DNA of 64,000 bases from Eledone cirrhosa (GCA_964016885.1 OZ024740.1:141360001-141424000), one strand, 5' to 3'. Shown: positions 41,791 through 56,263, counted from the stretch's first letter. The notes: generated from the sequence alone by a model not told the origin. A program made the numbers and translations.

Positions 41791-44700
41791 ATGGAGGCAT
41801 CAGAAGACAAGAGAGAAAAGAAGAGGAGCGGGGTGCATGGAGGGACACACACAAGAAGGCAGAATGTTAGCAAATGAATGAATGAATGGATGAATGTACA
41901 AAAAACAAAACAAAAAACAAAGAAAGAAAACAGGGGGTTGTTCCCAGTGGAAAGACCCAGAGTTCAGGACGCACACATGCGAGCATGTTAGCAGTTTCTC
42001 ATAGGACCTTATAGCTAAAGGTGAGTCATTCAATCCTGAAAACATATGTGTTATTGTCACTGATGCTGGAGTTGGCTTCCTCTTGTTAATGGTGGTGGTA
42101 GTTGAAACTGCTACCAATTCGGGCTGCCAGGCTGTTTGCTGAGGCTCGAGTGCCTTCTTTCACCGAAGTTGCGGAGTCGTTGTTATTGTCCTGTTGCTTG
42201 TTAATGGTAGTGACAATTGTTGGTGCTGCCTATAACGGCTGCCAAGCTGGCTGCTCTATCAGCCTCTGTGAGTGACGCTCCAATGGCCTTCTTGACCGAA
42301 GTGGCTTTTGGCATCATTTGGCAGCACAACGACAAATAAATATATTCTCTATTTTTTTTTCTTTCTCTTTATCTAATCTGATTTAAATTATTTGGCAGTG
42401 AAATGGTGGTTCATTTTGTTTTGTTTTATGTTTCCATTTGTTTTTATTTATTTCTCTCACTCTTCTTGTATATTTCGGTGCATTAAATTTTTGAGGTTCC
42501 TATCGATGGTTAATAGCATTTATTATTTGAGGTTATATTTCCATTCTAGGATGTATTCCATCACAACAGCACATTCTGCTTCCCAGCCACATGGATTAAA
42601 CTGTGAATTAATGCCACAAATGTTTGACTATTGGGTAATCAGATAATCCAAGCGTAAAATCATCAATGTAGATATGGATAGAGTCTAGTGGATTTAAGAA
42701 TGTGTTAGAACCGATGAAGCAGCATGGAAAATGTTTAAGATAAACATTCATTAACTCAAGAGGATTTGTATCTGATGCAAGCAAATTTCCTTCATCGATG
42801 TCAGATTCAACATCTATCGCATCTTGGGTTACGTATGGCGAACTATGATGTTTAATAATTCGCGACTAGTATAACAGCTCTGTATGGCTCTCATTGCAAT
42901 GAGATGAAAAAGTCTGTAAATGGGTATACTTGCTCCAATTAATAGCATAATATTAGCATACCACATACATATATGCCCACGTACATATGTGTGTTGGTAT
43001 ACACACATATATATGTGTATCTGTGTGGGAAGCAACACGTGGGGTTTTTTTGGGGGGGGAGAGGGGTTCTTCTCTCTTTCTAATCCGATTCAAATAATTA
43101 TTTGGCAGTGAATTGATGGTCGGTTTAAAAAAAAATTTTTTTCCCCTTCCTTTTATTTTGTTTCTTTCTCTCGCTCTTTACGTATATTTTGGTGCGTTAT
43201 ATTTGATGCGTTATCAATGGTTAATAGCATTTATTATTTGTGGTTATGTTTCCATTCTAGGATGTATTCCATCATAGCAGCACATTCCGATTCCAGGAAT
43301 CTTGTATTAGACAGTGAATTAATGCCGCGAATGTTTAGAACGCAAAAGTATTTGAGTAATGGGTAATCCAAGCATAAGATCATCAATGTACAGTAAACAA
43401 ATCTTAAATAGAGCTTGGAGCAGATGTTACGTTAACAGAACATTCAGACAGAGTAGATGTGGAAAAGTTGAAAATTTTTACCTCGTTTGGTGTTGAATTT
43501 CTAGGTCCAGAAATTTTTTCCAATCACAAGTGCCTACACATACATATATGTATATATACAGATACATATATTAATGAACTTGTATTTCACATTAAACACA
43601 GAGGGACATAAGTAAATAATAATAACGATATTTAGATATAAATGTACATATCTCTATTTCGGGGGTTATTTTTTTTTTCCCCTGTGTGTAGCAACACGTG
43701 GTTGTGTGTTGCTGCTGACTCTAGCAGAGCCCAATATATACTAATATATTTTACAGTAAATGTACTAATAGTAAGTGTAACAATACATTTCACATTAAAT
43801 TTACCAATAATAATTGTTTCTACTTTTGGCACAAGTGCATTACTGGTACTTTATTTTATCAACCTTGGAAGGATGAAAGCTAAAGTTGATATTAGTGAGA
43901 TTTTGACTCAGAATGTAAAGAGCTGGAACAAATACTGCAAGGCTTTTTGTTGGATGTTTTATTTATTCTATTAGTCCACTGGCTTTGCCTCTATTACAGC
44001 TAAATACTCCTCCCATCAAATCTGCAACACTATTACAGCAGCATATAAATAATAGTATTAACAATGTTACATCACTGATGATTCAGTGATTGGATTAACT
44101 AGGTGCTATATCCCAGGCAATAATGTCTTAACCTGTTGACTGCTGCATATATTTTACACAGCTAGTTGCTGTGCTGGGTTTCTTTTCAGTAAAATGACTA
44201 TTTTGATTGACAAACGTTACATCAACAAACTAGTAACTCCATCTAGCTTTTAAGTTATGAACTGTTGGAAACGAATTCATAACTTTGAAGTTATGAACTT
44301 TTGGGAACAAGTACATAACTTGGAAGTTATGAATTGTTGGAAAGGAGTTCAAACATGTTAGGACGAGTTATCTTGTGTGTGGCACTGGAATACATACATG
44401 TTAGGATGAGTTACCTCATCTACGGAACTGAAGAGGTTAAGGCAGGCATTCCATGTAGGTTTTTACCAGGACCCGAAGAAAATTATTTGAAGAGAGAGGT
44501 GTCAATTGTTTCAAGCAATTTAGAAATAAATTTTTTCCTATCAAACTGCCTGAAACTATCCCTGGGTCTCCCATACAAACTGTTTGATTAAAGTGTTTAT
44601 ATTTATCTAAAAACCTTCCATTATAATTTTATTTTGGGTCAATAAAATAAAGTACCAGTAATGTACTGAGTAATTGCTGGCCTTGTGCCTAAAGTAGAAA

Positions 44701-44977
44701 CAATTATAATTTTATGTAAGAACCAGCTTAATAATAAGAAAAGTAGTTTTCTGGTGTATAAGATGTCCTTTTTTTTTACCACAAATTTGATGGCAAAATC
44801 TGCTTGCATTCTTAACACTGAAGGTATGAATACAATAATAATATACTATACAGAAACCATATATAGGTATAGGTTTATATTAACTTTTTTCCTATACTTT
44901 TTCTTTGTGAATCATATGCATTGTTTTTCATTAGAAATATGGTAAAAAAAAGGGTTAAGAATTGAAATCTAACAAAC

Positions 44978-45118
44978 CCGAGCCATGGCATGTGTTGTGC
45001 TTGGCCGTCCTTCAACAGACACACCTGATCTCTCCCTATGAAGGAAGAGCCCACTTCTTGCATCTTTGTCTCCAACTGCACTGCTGATACGACTGCTGTT
45101 AGAACCACCCATGTACCT
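44978..45118 (-). CDS. FAM149B1: FAM149-like exon
   Basis: ttttcag| and |gtttgt; RYMGGSNSSRISSAVGD...GRPSTTHAMAR; phase 0-0. Confidence 0.75.
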
Positions 45119-45779
45119 CTGAAAATACAAGGAGGGATTTTAATGTTTTATTTTAGATTTTGGGAACAAGGATGAAGGAGTTAGTGGGTGTGAAGAGACA
45201 TGAGGGATCAGACTGAAATTTAAATAATAAAAAGGAAAACTTCAAAAGGATAAAAAAAAAGAAAGTAATGATTTATAACTTTGAAATGGTCTTTGTTTAA
45301 ATAATGGCATTTTACATAGAAAACAAGCTCCCCAAATTTTGAAAAGGAAAGGAAATAGGGAAGTTGTGATATTTATATCTTCTTGAAGTTTATGAGTGTC
45401 ATACAATAGAGTACTGCTTCATCATCATCATTTCATTTTACGTCCGCTTTTCCCTGCTTGCAAGGGTGGGACGGGAACTGATTCTGGCTTGATTTCTACA
45501 GCTGGATGCCCTTCCTAACACCAACCTCATTTACAGTGAGTGCTGGGTGCTTTTTTGCAGTGGCACCTACACGACCACTTTGCAGTGGAATGATAGGGAC
45601 TGGGGTCCTTATCATCTCATTTCTACAGCTGAGTAAACTGGAGCAATGTGAAATAAAGTGTCTTGCTCAAGGAAACAACACACCACCCGGTCTGAGAATT
45701 GAACTCATAACCTTTCGATTGCAAGGCCAATATTCTAACCACTAAGCCATGTGCCTCCATGCTTATATATATATATCTA

Positions 45780-47200
45780 TATGACCTGCATCTGTTTCTG
45801 CTTCCTTGTGGGTTACCTCTTGGGTGGGGAAAGGCTATGTGAGTAAACCCAGACAGAAAATCCTGCAGGCACAATCTACATAAAGGGCACTGTCATAGAG
45901 CATAGCTCATGGTTGTGGCCATAAGTTGTGACCTGCCATCTACAGTTCAGTTGTCTGTGTCTCCAATGAGAACAGCTATCTTATCTCAGTTTGCCCTGGA
46001 CTTGTAGTGACAGGTGGACAGAGTTGGTGAGGCTCTGCACAAACAACAGTAACTTGCCTGTGCATATGACACCTAGCATCAACTCCCATCACAAACATGA
46101 CAGACACAAAAACATTGGCCCTCAGTACCCCGTGGCTCTGGAACCACTGCTCAAGATAGAGGGCAGACAAGAAAAAGAGCAGAGAGTGTTAGGAATCTCT
46201 GGGTTCGGACAGGCTACTGCCAATGGAAACGGACTGCCAAGCCCCTGATTGTTGCTACTTGGAATGTGTGAACTGTCTTAGATCGAAAGAAGAATGGCCT
46301 TGATAACACGAGAGTTCCAAAGGTACAAAGTTGACATTGCTGCCCTCAGCGAGACAAGATTTTTAGGCAGAGGTCATTTAAGTGAGGTTGGATCAGGATA
46401 TACTATATACTGGTCAGGTCACAGAGCTGAAAGGAAGGCAGGTGTTAGCTTTGCAGTAAAGACCCCTCTTGTCTCTCAACTTGAGTCATAGCCAATGGGC
46501 ATCAATGACAGAATCATGACTATGAGGCTCCCCTTATCAGACAATGCATAAGCTACTTTGGTAAGTGTCTATGCGCCCAGTATGACAAACCAAGATGAAA
46601 AGAAAGAAACCTTCTACCAACAGCTTGAAGTTGTATGCAGAGTACCTGCAGGTGATAAGTTGATCACCCTGGAGGATTTCAATGCAAAAATTGGCTCAAA
46701 TCATACAGCATGGGAAGTCATTAATGGTCAGCATGGTATCGGTAGTGAGAACTCATGTGGCAAACTTCTACTTTCACCATGATTGATGTTTACAAAACCA
46801 TGTGGATGCATCCAAGATTGAAGAACTCGCATCAAATAGATTTTATCATCTGCAGACAACATAATCTGCATGACTTTCATATCACAAGAGCAATGAGAGG
46901 TACCAAATTCTCAATAGACCACCTTCTCCTCAGATCAAAGGTGAACCTCCAGGTGCAAAGAAAAAGAAGGCTCGAGGGTAAAAAGATGGATGTTTGATAA
47001 ATCAATTACCCTGGCATAACAGTTGCCTTACAGAATGAACTCTCAAAGCATCTAGAGCAAGTTACCTTCACCCAAGGAGAGACAAGAAAACTGGGCTAAA
47101 TTAAGAAATGAAGTTGATACACTGTGGTAAGTTTTCAAGAAATTGTGAGAATATTGCCAAGAGGTATATTCTTGCTTTGTAGACTTCCGGGCCTGCTGTG
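45780..47200 (+). mobile_element. Decayed RTE (BovB-like) 5' part with APE domain
   Basis: ATWNV, VDIAALSETRF, YTIYWSG, SVYAPSM, EDFNAKIG, HQIDFII, SIDHLLL. Confidence 0.82.
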
Positions 47201-47960
47201 GAAGGTTTTGCAGGCAGGAGTATGGGATTGATGATTAGCTTCATAATGTATTACCATCTTGGTGTGATGCTAGTGAACATATGAGATACTGAATCTCATT
47301 TCTTACTAATGCTTAGTGGCAGATGTATCTTGGTGGAATATTCCTTATTATCTCTTTGATGATCTTCCTATTTCATTGTATTTAATAAAAAGTAATCAAT
47401 ACTTAATAATTATTTCACCTATACATACATGTTACAGTAACCGATTCAACTCTGGTGGCATTTGAACCCAACATGAAAAAATTTGAAACTAATACTTAAG
47501 GCCATTTAACCCAGCCATTTTTGCAAACCCACTGACCTATACTTATTTATATTTATAATTAGTTAAAATGTTCATGTAGAGTTAGTAAACCATGACAGAC
47601 TATGATAGGTGTTTAATCTCCCTTACATTAAGAAACAAATACACATGATAGAGAGAAAAAAGAGAAGGAAAACAGAAGTCAAAAGAAGCAAAAACAAAAC
47701 AAAAATAAAGGTGAAAAACAAGGACAACTATAAAGCAGCTAAAAATTTCTGTTGTTGAATCTTTTTGTAGTCTCTGTATATTAGAATATCCTGTTTATAG
47801 TTGGTAGATCATTGAAAATATATTGCACTTCAAATCATAGTAGTTTTTCATCGAGATGTTTTCTCTCTTAGATTGGTAGTTTTTATATTGGAACAAATAG
47901 TGCAATAGAATTTTTTGGTAGTCTCTATAAAAACATATGATAATCATTAACATGTGTTAC

Positions 47961-48107
47961 CTGGGGACGGATGACAGGTGTCTCAAGGGAAACTGTGGAG
48001 CAAATTGGTGGAAGACATCCATTACGAAACCCTAAAAGACTTGGAGGAGAAGATAGGCTCTCACTTCCAGCTGGCATCAGTTTTGTTACTTTTAAAACCT
48101 CTTCATC
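47961..48107 (-). CDS. FAM149B1: FAM149-like exon
   Basis: ctacag| and |gtaaca; DEEVLKVTKL...CLPPI...VIRPQ; phase 0-0. Confidence 0.78.
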
Positions 48108-48765
48108 CTGTAGATAAAAATATTTCTGAAGTGAGAACACTGACAAAATAGAAACAGATTAAAGGCTTTGAGCTATTTCTTAAAATCAGAGCCTCTACAT
48201 CACATTACACTTTAAACAATAATAAAAAAAATCATGAATTTACTCTTTTAATGGTAACATCAGGTCCATAAGATCAATCTCTACCTCTGCTAATGTACTG
48301 TATCCATGGGCCAGAAAAGTAAATGCTAATAAACGTTATAACTTGACTAACAACAGATTAGATTTGTTGCTATTGTTGTTTAGCTCTGTGTTTGTGTAGA
48401 CCAATAATCTCTTTAATCAAAAGAATTCCAGCCATGACTATCCTGCCTTCTTTTTATGCATAGTACACTCCATACTATGTTATCCAATGTGTCCTGTTTT
48501 TCTTTTCAGATGGTAGGGTGTGATTTAAAGGAAATGTGGCTACTATTTCTAGCATGTCCAGCAACCAGTTAAAGGCCCCTTGTTGGCTTGAATTCCATTT
48601 GTATATATATTTTTGTTAGAAATAAGAAATATAGCTAGCTATGATAGAAAGTACTGCTGAACATAGAAAAATACTCACCATGCAGTTGTATATATAATGT
48701 TATTTAGAAGTAAGAAATATAGCTATCTGTGAGAGGAAGTACTGTTGTACATAGAATATACTCAC

Positions 48766-48934
48766 CATGCACGGAGTTTTTGATATTTCTTGAACATTGT
48801 AAAGGGGTGCTAGGCGCCATGGCTTTATCAACCGATTATATTTTACACTGCCTGGACGTGACATTTTAAAGCTTTGTGGAGGAAAGTTGCTGCCCACAGA
48901 AATTGGTGTTGGTAGACTTATGTCAGAACCATCA
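48766..48934 (-). CDS. FAM149B1: FAM149-like exon
   Basis: ttacag| and |gtgagt; DGSDISLPTP...SRPGSVK...SKTPCM; phase 2-0. Confidence 0.78.
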
Positions 48935-49072
48935 CTGTAATATATCAGCAGGTAACCAAATGAAAAACAGTTGAAACTAAAATTACAATAAAAGAGTGAT
49001 AGTTCTAAATTGTCTAATTCATAAAAAATAATCACACATATATGAATGTTTATGAAAGTGTGCATCTATGTA

Positions 49073-49105
<33 letters not shown>

Positions 49106-49109
49106 GTAG

Positions 49110-49945
49110 CGACGTATAAACAACTAGGCACTGTGCAGAGAACTTGCAAAGATTGGAAAGAAATGAAGCTGGCATGCTCGATGGATGTGTAATATTAATA
49201 TACATCAATGACAAAGCATGCATGAACTGAGAGAGAAATTGGACATAAAAGGGATCAGATGCAGCATGCAGGAGAGGAGATTGCATTGGTATGAACATGT
49301 GATGTGTATGAAGGATGAAAGCCATATAAAAAGGTGCAGGGCACTCAAAGATGATGGTAGCAATGAAGTAGGAAGACTTGGGATGAAGTGATAAAAGCTG
49401 TCTTTGCACAATTGCACCTTTCAAAAGTGATGACAGGATTGATATCTCTGGTGTTATGCAGTAATACAGAAGACCTGCTATTCCATATGCATGGACTGAA
49501 CCATACATCTAGTATGCACCAGTTTTCCCTATCTTTCCCTCCTAACACACCTTTGACCCATGTCCCTACCTCCACTCTAGATCTATCTATCCTATCCCCA
49601 TGCACCTTCTCCTCCCCAACCCCTATTTCACACTGTAAAGTGGTCATTTTGGTGCGATGCCAAAAAGCATCCAGTCCACACTGTAAAGTGGTCATGTTGG
49701 TGACATGAAAAAAGTACCTAGTACACACTGTAAAATGGTCGTGTAGGTGTCACAACAAAAAGTACCTAGTACACACTGTAAATGTGGCTGTTATTAGGAA
49801 GGGCATCCAACTGTAGAAACCAAGTCAAAATCATTTCTGTGTGAGCAAGACAAGGTCATCTGATCTGGCTTGTCTCACAATGGGACAACTTGTCTAATCC
49901 ACGCTTGTATGGAAAAATGGACGTAAACAGTGATGATGATGATGG
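49110..49945 (+). mobile_element. Old RTE 3' fragment with SINE-like 3' UTR and (GAT)n tail
   Basis: Decayed LERNEAGMLxWMC...RRLHWYEHVM; four CACACTGTAAA-headed units at about 49628-49790; similar old pieces at about 51900-52465 and 56770-56990. Confidence 0.75.
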
Positions 49946-52900
49946 TATATAACATATATATAAATTATATATACCTATATATAAATTATATAAATGCATA
50001 TATATAAATACGTATATACATATTTATGTATGAATATTGTTTTAGTTCCTATGTAACATTGAATGACTGTTCAGCGTTTCTGTAGCAATTCTTTTTTTAA
50101 TAGAGGTAAGGTTGCTAGCTGTATGTTCCATCCCCCCTCTCTTCTCAATTTAAATATTAATCTATGATAAAATAAAAAGCAATGAGAGAAAAACAAAACA
50201 ACAATATCTTATATCTTATGTCCCAGTTAAGTTACACACTTTCAAATCTCAGCATCATAGCAACATAACACAAACATATTATTAGGCCAATAAAGTAAGC
50301 ATTTTTCTACAGAGAAATTTCTTTTAAATATTAATACATGATAAAATAAAGCAATGAGAAAAACAAAACAAAACGAAGACAACTTATCTCATATTTTATG
50401 TCCCAGTTCAATAAAATATAACATAATACAACATACACAAACTAATTCTCTAGAATATAAAAAATATTGAATATTCAACAGACTATTCTGCTCAGTTTTC
50501 CTCTATTTTGCTCTTTTTCTTTACTATGTATATATTCAAATGTCAATGAGATGCTTAGTTGCAAGTTGAGAGTTTAACTAATTCTGTTAACTAATCCTTT
50601 ATATTAAAAATATTTAACATTTGATTCATCCAATTGCTCTGTTCACTATTTTGTTCTTTTTCTTTGCAAACTATCCAAGTATTGGCCCCTCTCTAATAGG
50701 TTTAGGGTAGAGCTTGCAGCGTAGTTGGCTGCCTGCAAGTGTGTGGTAGAGTGGCTGTTCCAGCGTGTCTTCTTTACTGTCTTCTGGGGCAATGTATTCT
50801 CCATCTTCTCGGCCGGGATCAAGAGGTGGAGGGTAAGTTAGTTGAAGGTAGGGGAGACTCGTTCAGGCGTCACACATATACACACATACTCAATCCCTTT
50901 TATAAATATTCAAAAGTTAATGATGTTTTGTTAACTGGCTGGCTGGTCATCATAGCAACATGAAATAACATAACACAACATATAGATAGAGTTTGATTGA
51001 AAAGATCCCAGACCTCATTCGCTTACTGCTTGGGGTGGAACTTGTTGAATCAGACAAAGGAAACAATGTTTCCATTGGTCTTTCCATTGCTGATACTATC
51101 TACTGGTCACAACTCCTGGCAACATACACAAACTTTTTAATGCAAGATATTTTATTCAACAAATTTCAATTGGATTATATGTTTGCAATGAAAAAAAAGA
51201 AAAAGAGAAAACCTTAAATAGTAAAAGTAAGGGAAAGGGGAGAAGGATTGGCAGACTCCTCACCCCAGTTTAGGTAGTATATCTCAGCTTCACATCATAG
51301 ACAAAATGGTGAAGGCATTGCCATGGAGAACATCTAGTGATACCCACTGTATCAACCACTCCACATCAAGGGGCTCCTTTTTTAGGCAGGATGTACTCTT
51401 TTCAATTTTGTGGAGGAAAATGGCAGTTTGAGGGTCAAAGGCAACCAGCATAAAAAGGAAGCAATTGGTCATGTCCCAGTATTTGGCTATCTTCCTCACC
51501 ATTACAGGTGGCAGTGCCTAGGTTTGTAGCCAGTGACAAAGTTGAAGGCAGAGACTGTGTTATAACACATAGCATCACAGATTAGAGATTTACCTCCTTT
51601 GAATGGGAAAAGGATTATCCCATCCAGGCATTTGCCATCACCATGGTTGAGGCTGGCAGCTGTGAGTGGAAACTAGCTGCGTCAAAGACCCAGATCCCAT
51701 TGGAGAGGTAGCCTTGCTCAATATTTAGAACAGTAGGTAAAAACTCTATATAATATACATAGTATAAATCTTGGGTACATGAAGTATAGTGGGGTAGCAA
51801 GCAGACTAACAGAAAAGGTAAACTTTGTATGTGGCACATGTACAAGGATAGATAATAGTAAGAATATCGGTAAAATAAACTTTTTCTAATCCCAGGAAGG
51901 ATCCATAGAAGTGGTTGAATGCGTCTGTTATCTAAGTGATCTAATCAGCAATGGAAGCAGTTGCTCTGAGAGCATAGTAGATAGAATAGGAACAGGATAG
52001 AATATGTTCCTGGAGTTATTATTTCTGTTAACAATAAAAGGTTTCTTTCCATGGTCGGTAGGGTGGCTGTGTAATGCCTGTCTGCTATTTGTGATGTTGC
52101 ATGGTAGTAAGACATGAATAGTGAAGACTGGAGAGAAATGAAGCAAGCAGGCTCTGATGGATGTGCAATGTTAATGTGCATGAACAACAAAGCATGGATG
52201 AGCTGAGGAATCAGATGTAGTGTGCAAGAGAGAAGACAGTGATAGTATGGACATGTTATGCATATAGATGATGATCATTGAGTAAAGTGCCAAGTGCCAA
52301 GAAATCCCAGTGGAAGAAAAATGCAGTTGAGGGAGACCAAAGAAAATCTGGGTAAATGTTTTGTGAGCTAATCCTAATTCACTGAAGCTCGGAGATGACG
52401 AAAGACTGCGAATCCCTCCATTGTTAGCAAAGAAAGCGGACGTTAAATGAAGATGATGAAGATGATATATATACATATATACCTGTCTACCAACATAGAA
52501 TGTGACTTCACTCCAACTGGCACTTCCTAGTAGCTATTTCTCATCATCACTGTACAGGCCTACCCCATTCATGCTCCCCTCCTTAGTAGTTATTCTCACA
52601 TCACTACCTTCCCCCCACTAAAATCCTGACACACCAGTCAGAATGCTTTAGTGGCAGCTATCATCACAGTTCCCCTTCCTCATGTTATCAGAGGTACTTT
52701 ATCCTACTCACCATCCTTTCAAATATAATCACACTTATCATGCACCCATGACTTCATACTTATTGTCCTTCTCATCTTGGCCCCCACCTCCATAGGATAG
52801 AGGGTTTTATATTTGAGTCAATCACTGAAAACCTCTGATGTTGATGGCATGAAAAATGCACCCAGTATATCCTATAAGCTGGTTGGCAATAGGAAGGGTA

Positions 52901-53316
52901 TCCTGCTGTTGAAATCAAATCAAAAAGTGTTGAGAGGACATTTTAGTTGTGTTAACAGCATGACACCCTCTTTAGTGTTGGTGAACTACATGTTAAATAC
53001 ACCCAGTACACATTGTAATGTGGTTGGTGATAGGAAGGGTATCCAGCTGTAAAAAGCCTGCCAATCAGAAAGACTCTTCAGCAATGTCAAAGGCATGATA
53101 ACCTCCCTAGTGCTGAGATCATGATAAAATACCATTAGTAGAGCATGGGAACATGTGTAAGCAAAATGTAAACCCTGGCACAACTGAAAGGTCAGTAGCT
53201 CTGCTTAAGTACTGACTCAGTCTGTGGAGACCCGTCCAACTCTTACTAGCAGGGCAAGGAAGATGTTAAATGAAGATGATATATATGGAGAGAGAGAGAG
53301 AGAAAATGGTACTCAC

Positions 53317-53441
53317 TGTAATATGGCACCCGGTCTCTCGACTATGTCTTTCTGCTTTACAGTAAGAATACCATCAAGAGACTGAGGTTTCCAACTTGTA
53401 GAACTAGTGATGAAGGATGGTGTTCTTGTTGATAGACTGAC
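53317..53441 (-). CDS. FAM149B1: FAM149-like exon
   Basis: ccatag| and |gtgagt; VSLSTRTPSF...SLDGILTVKQKDIVERPGAIL; phase 0-2. Confidence 0.8.
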
Positions 53442-54070
53442 CTATGGAGAATAAGAGTTACAATTGGGATAAGGAAAACATTCAAAGTTGTTGAGATAGA
53501 GAGAAACAGAAGAAAACACGTTTAAATATAGAAGTATGATTGCTAACTGAATTATGGTAGTGACAGTGGGAGTTTGGTTCCTCTGTGTTCGGACCTGGTG
53601 TGTGTGTGGGTGTATGTTTCACAGACAGACACTCACACTGGTGACATCTATTATAAAAGTGACATACATAGACAGAGGGAGTATGTTTGATGGGCAAGGC
53701 AATTTAATTTCTTTAGTGTATCTGAAGGAGGGGTGAGACCATACTACAATAGTTTCTAATTTAGGTACAAGGTCAGCAATTTGAGGGGAGGGGTAAGTTG
53801 ATTATATTAACACTAGTCCCTGACTGGTACTTTATTTTATTGATGACAGGTAAAATTGACTTCACAGAATTTGAACTGAGAATGTAAAGAGCAGGAACAA
53901 ATAGTGCAAAGCATTTTATTTGATGCTCTAATGATTCTGCCAATCCACTGCCATTGTCATGCAATAATAATAATAATACAGGTAATGATGAATATGATGA
54001 TGGATGGCTATTATTATTATTTTGGAATAAACAAAACAAACAAAATAAATTGGTAAGTTAAGTGACTAAC

Positions 54071-54165
54071 CTTTGGATAGTTATACATACTTGATGCTTC
54101 TCTAGAAATGTTTTGAATTTCGGCACGATATGTAGGCAAAGGAAGAAGAATAGACTTCTCAACAC
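54071..54165 (-). CDS. FAM149B1: FAM149-like exon
   Basis: aacag| and |gttagt; GVEKSILLPLPTYRAEIQNISREASSMYNYPK; supplies the required phase 1-0 link. Confidence 0.7.
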
Positions 54166-54647
54166 CTGTTTGATATATATATATATATATATACAATGAC
54201 ATAGGATCAAGATCTTTGGCATTATGCAGTAACACAGAAGACACACCTTCCCACATACACAGACTCAAACACACACCTTGTAGGGACCTCTTAACTACTA
54301 TACTCCCTTCCATACACCTCCACACCAGTCCACACTACCCTTGCACTGTTAAGGATCGTGTAGATGTCATGATAGAAACCACCTACACTCTAAAGTGGTC
54401 ATGTAGGTGTCACGACAAAAAGCACCCAGCTCACACTGTAAGGTGGTTGTAAAGGAGTAACAACAAAAAGTACCCAGTACACACTGTAAATGTGGTTGGC
54501 ATTAGGAAGAGAATCTAGCTGTAGAAATCTAGTCAGAAATAGTTCTATATGAGTAAGACACACTCACATGACCCAACTTGCTTCAAATGGGACAAACCAT
54601 CTAACCCATGCTAGTGTGGAAAGTGGACATTAAACGATGATGATGAT

Positions 54648-54683
<36 letters not shown>

Positions 54684-55251
54684 AACAGAGAGAGAGAGAG
54701 AGAAACAGAGATAGAGAGAGAGAAAGGTGAGAAAATAATATTGGTAACTTAACTCCTGATAGAATTGTAGAGGTGCCGTTATGACATTTAAGCATTTAAA
54801 CATGGCAGAGCCCATCCCTCTCTATGTGGGAGCATAGTCAATTTCTTCCAGAGAAATAGAGCTAGTGAGAAGAGATATAGAAATATAAAGGAAGAATCGA
54901 TATCAGTAATGAACTGGAACTGTATCAACCTTGCAAGGATGAAAGGCAAAGTTGACCTCAGCTTGATTTGAATTCAGAATGCAGAGCTTGGAGGTAAAAT
55001 TGAATTGAAAAGTATAACTGGGCATCAAAGACATTGAATAATATCATGCAGCAGGATAGATGACTATGCAGATATGAATATGCAATGTGAATGGAAGTAG
55101 TTAACTGGATGACTTAGCAAAGAGGTAGTTAAATCAGATTTGAAAAATTTGGGTTTCAAAGATAATGAAAACACATTCTTAAGAATTCTGAAAAAAGGAA
55201 AGAAAAATGAAAAATTACTGAAAAGAATAATAGGAAAGAAATAGCTTTTAC

Positions 55252-55303
55252 CTCTGACATATTCAAGGTACATGCTGAGCAAGTTTTTCATCCAGACCAA
55301 TAC
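55252..55303 (-). CDS. FAM149B1: FAM149-like exon
   Basis: tttatag| and |gtaaaa; VLVWMKNLLSMYLEYVR continues the conserved helix; phase 0-1. Confidence 0.8.
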
Positions 55304-56169
55304 CTATAAAAAAGAGATATTCAGAAAAGAAAAATTATACTTGTAATCGTTTTTATGGGTTGGATGAAACCTTTTGAAGCAGTACTTCACATCCAAATGC
55401 TCTTTGTGATGCCAATCCTTACTTTTTTTTAAGTACAGGGCTTTATTTCACTGATCATCATTTCTTAACTGCTAAGCTCTGGGATATACAAAAAGCATCC
55501 GCCACACACTGTAAATGTGGTTGGTGTTAGGAAGGGTATCCAGCTGTAGAAATCTAGCCAGAAACAGTTCTATATGAGCAAGACACAGTCACCTAATCCA
55601 ACTTGCCTCAAATAGGACAACCCGTCTAACCTGTGCTAGTGTGGAAAGTGAATGTCAAACGATGATGACGATAATGATGTAATTATATACAATATTTTGA
55701 AAAAGCATCTTTCCCATAAAATAAAATAAATATAAATATAATTTATAAATTTTTATTTTAGGTTGTATAATTGCTTTTTTAAAATGCAGTATTATGGAGC
55801 TCAACTAAAATAAAATAAATATAAATATAATTTATAAATTTCTTATTTTAGGTTGTATAATTGCTTTTTTAAAATACAGTATTATGAAGCTCAACTGTGA
55901 ATTGTTTAAACACAACAATTCCAAGTATATCAACATTCCCAGACCAACCGAAGATAGTCAGCATCTGTTTAAAGTAATTTATCCAAAATATAATGAATTC
56001 ATATATTCATAAGTGTTTGAAAACCTGAGAACGGCCAGGTATGACTACTAGTATTATACAAAATTAGGGAGCCATGTCATAATTAATTCTTGATAGAGTC
56101 GTAGGGGCACCATAGTAATATACTTGAGCATTTAAACCAGGCAGAGCCCATTATCTCCAGATTTGAAAA

Positions 56170-56174
<5 letters not shown>

Positions 56175-56263
<89 letters not shown>
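56175..56263. repeat. (GA)n microsatellite
   Basis: Directly visible pure GA run of about 88 bp. Confidence 0.97.

Noticed and set aside
39535-41877. Plus-strand ORFs up to 263 aa
   Set aside because: Antisense shadows of the GC-rich CRE-like element.
51593-51730. Additional FAM149 exon with a |gtaaat donor
   Set aside because: Stops in all three frames from the plausible acceptor.
55717-55897. About 90-bp tandem duplication, and similar AT-rich direct repeats at about 50150-50410
   Set aside because: Ordinary local intronic duplications with no sign of function.
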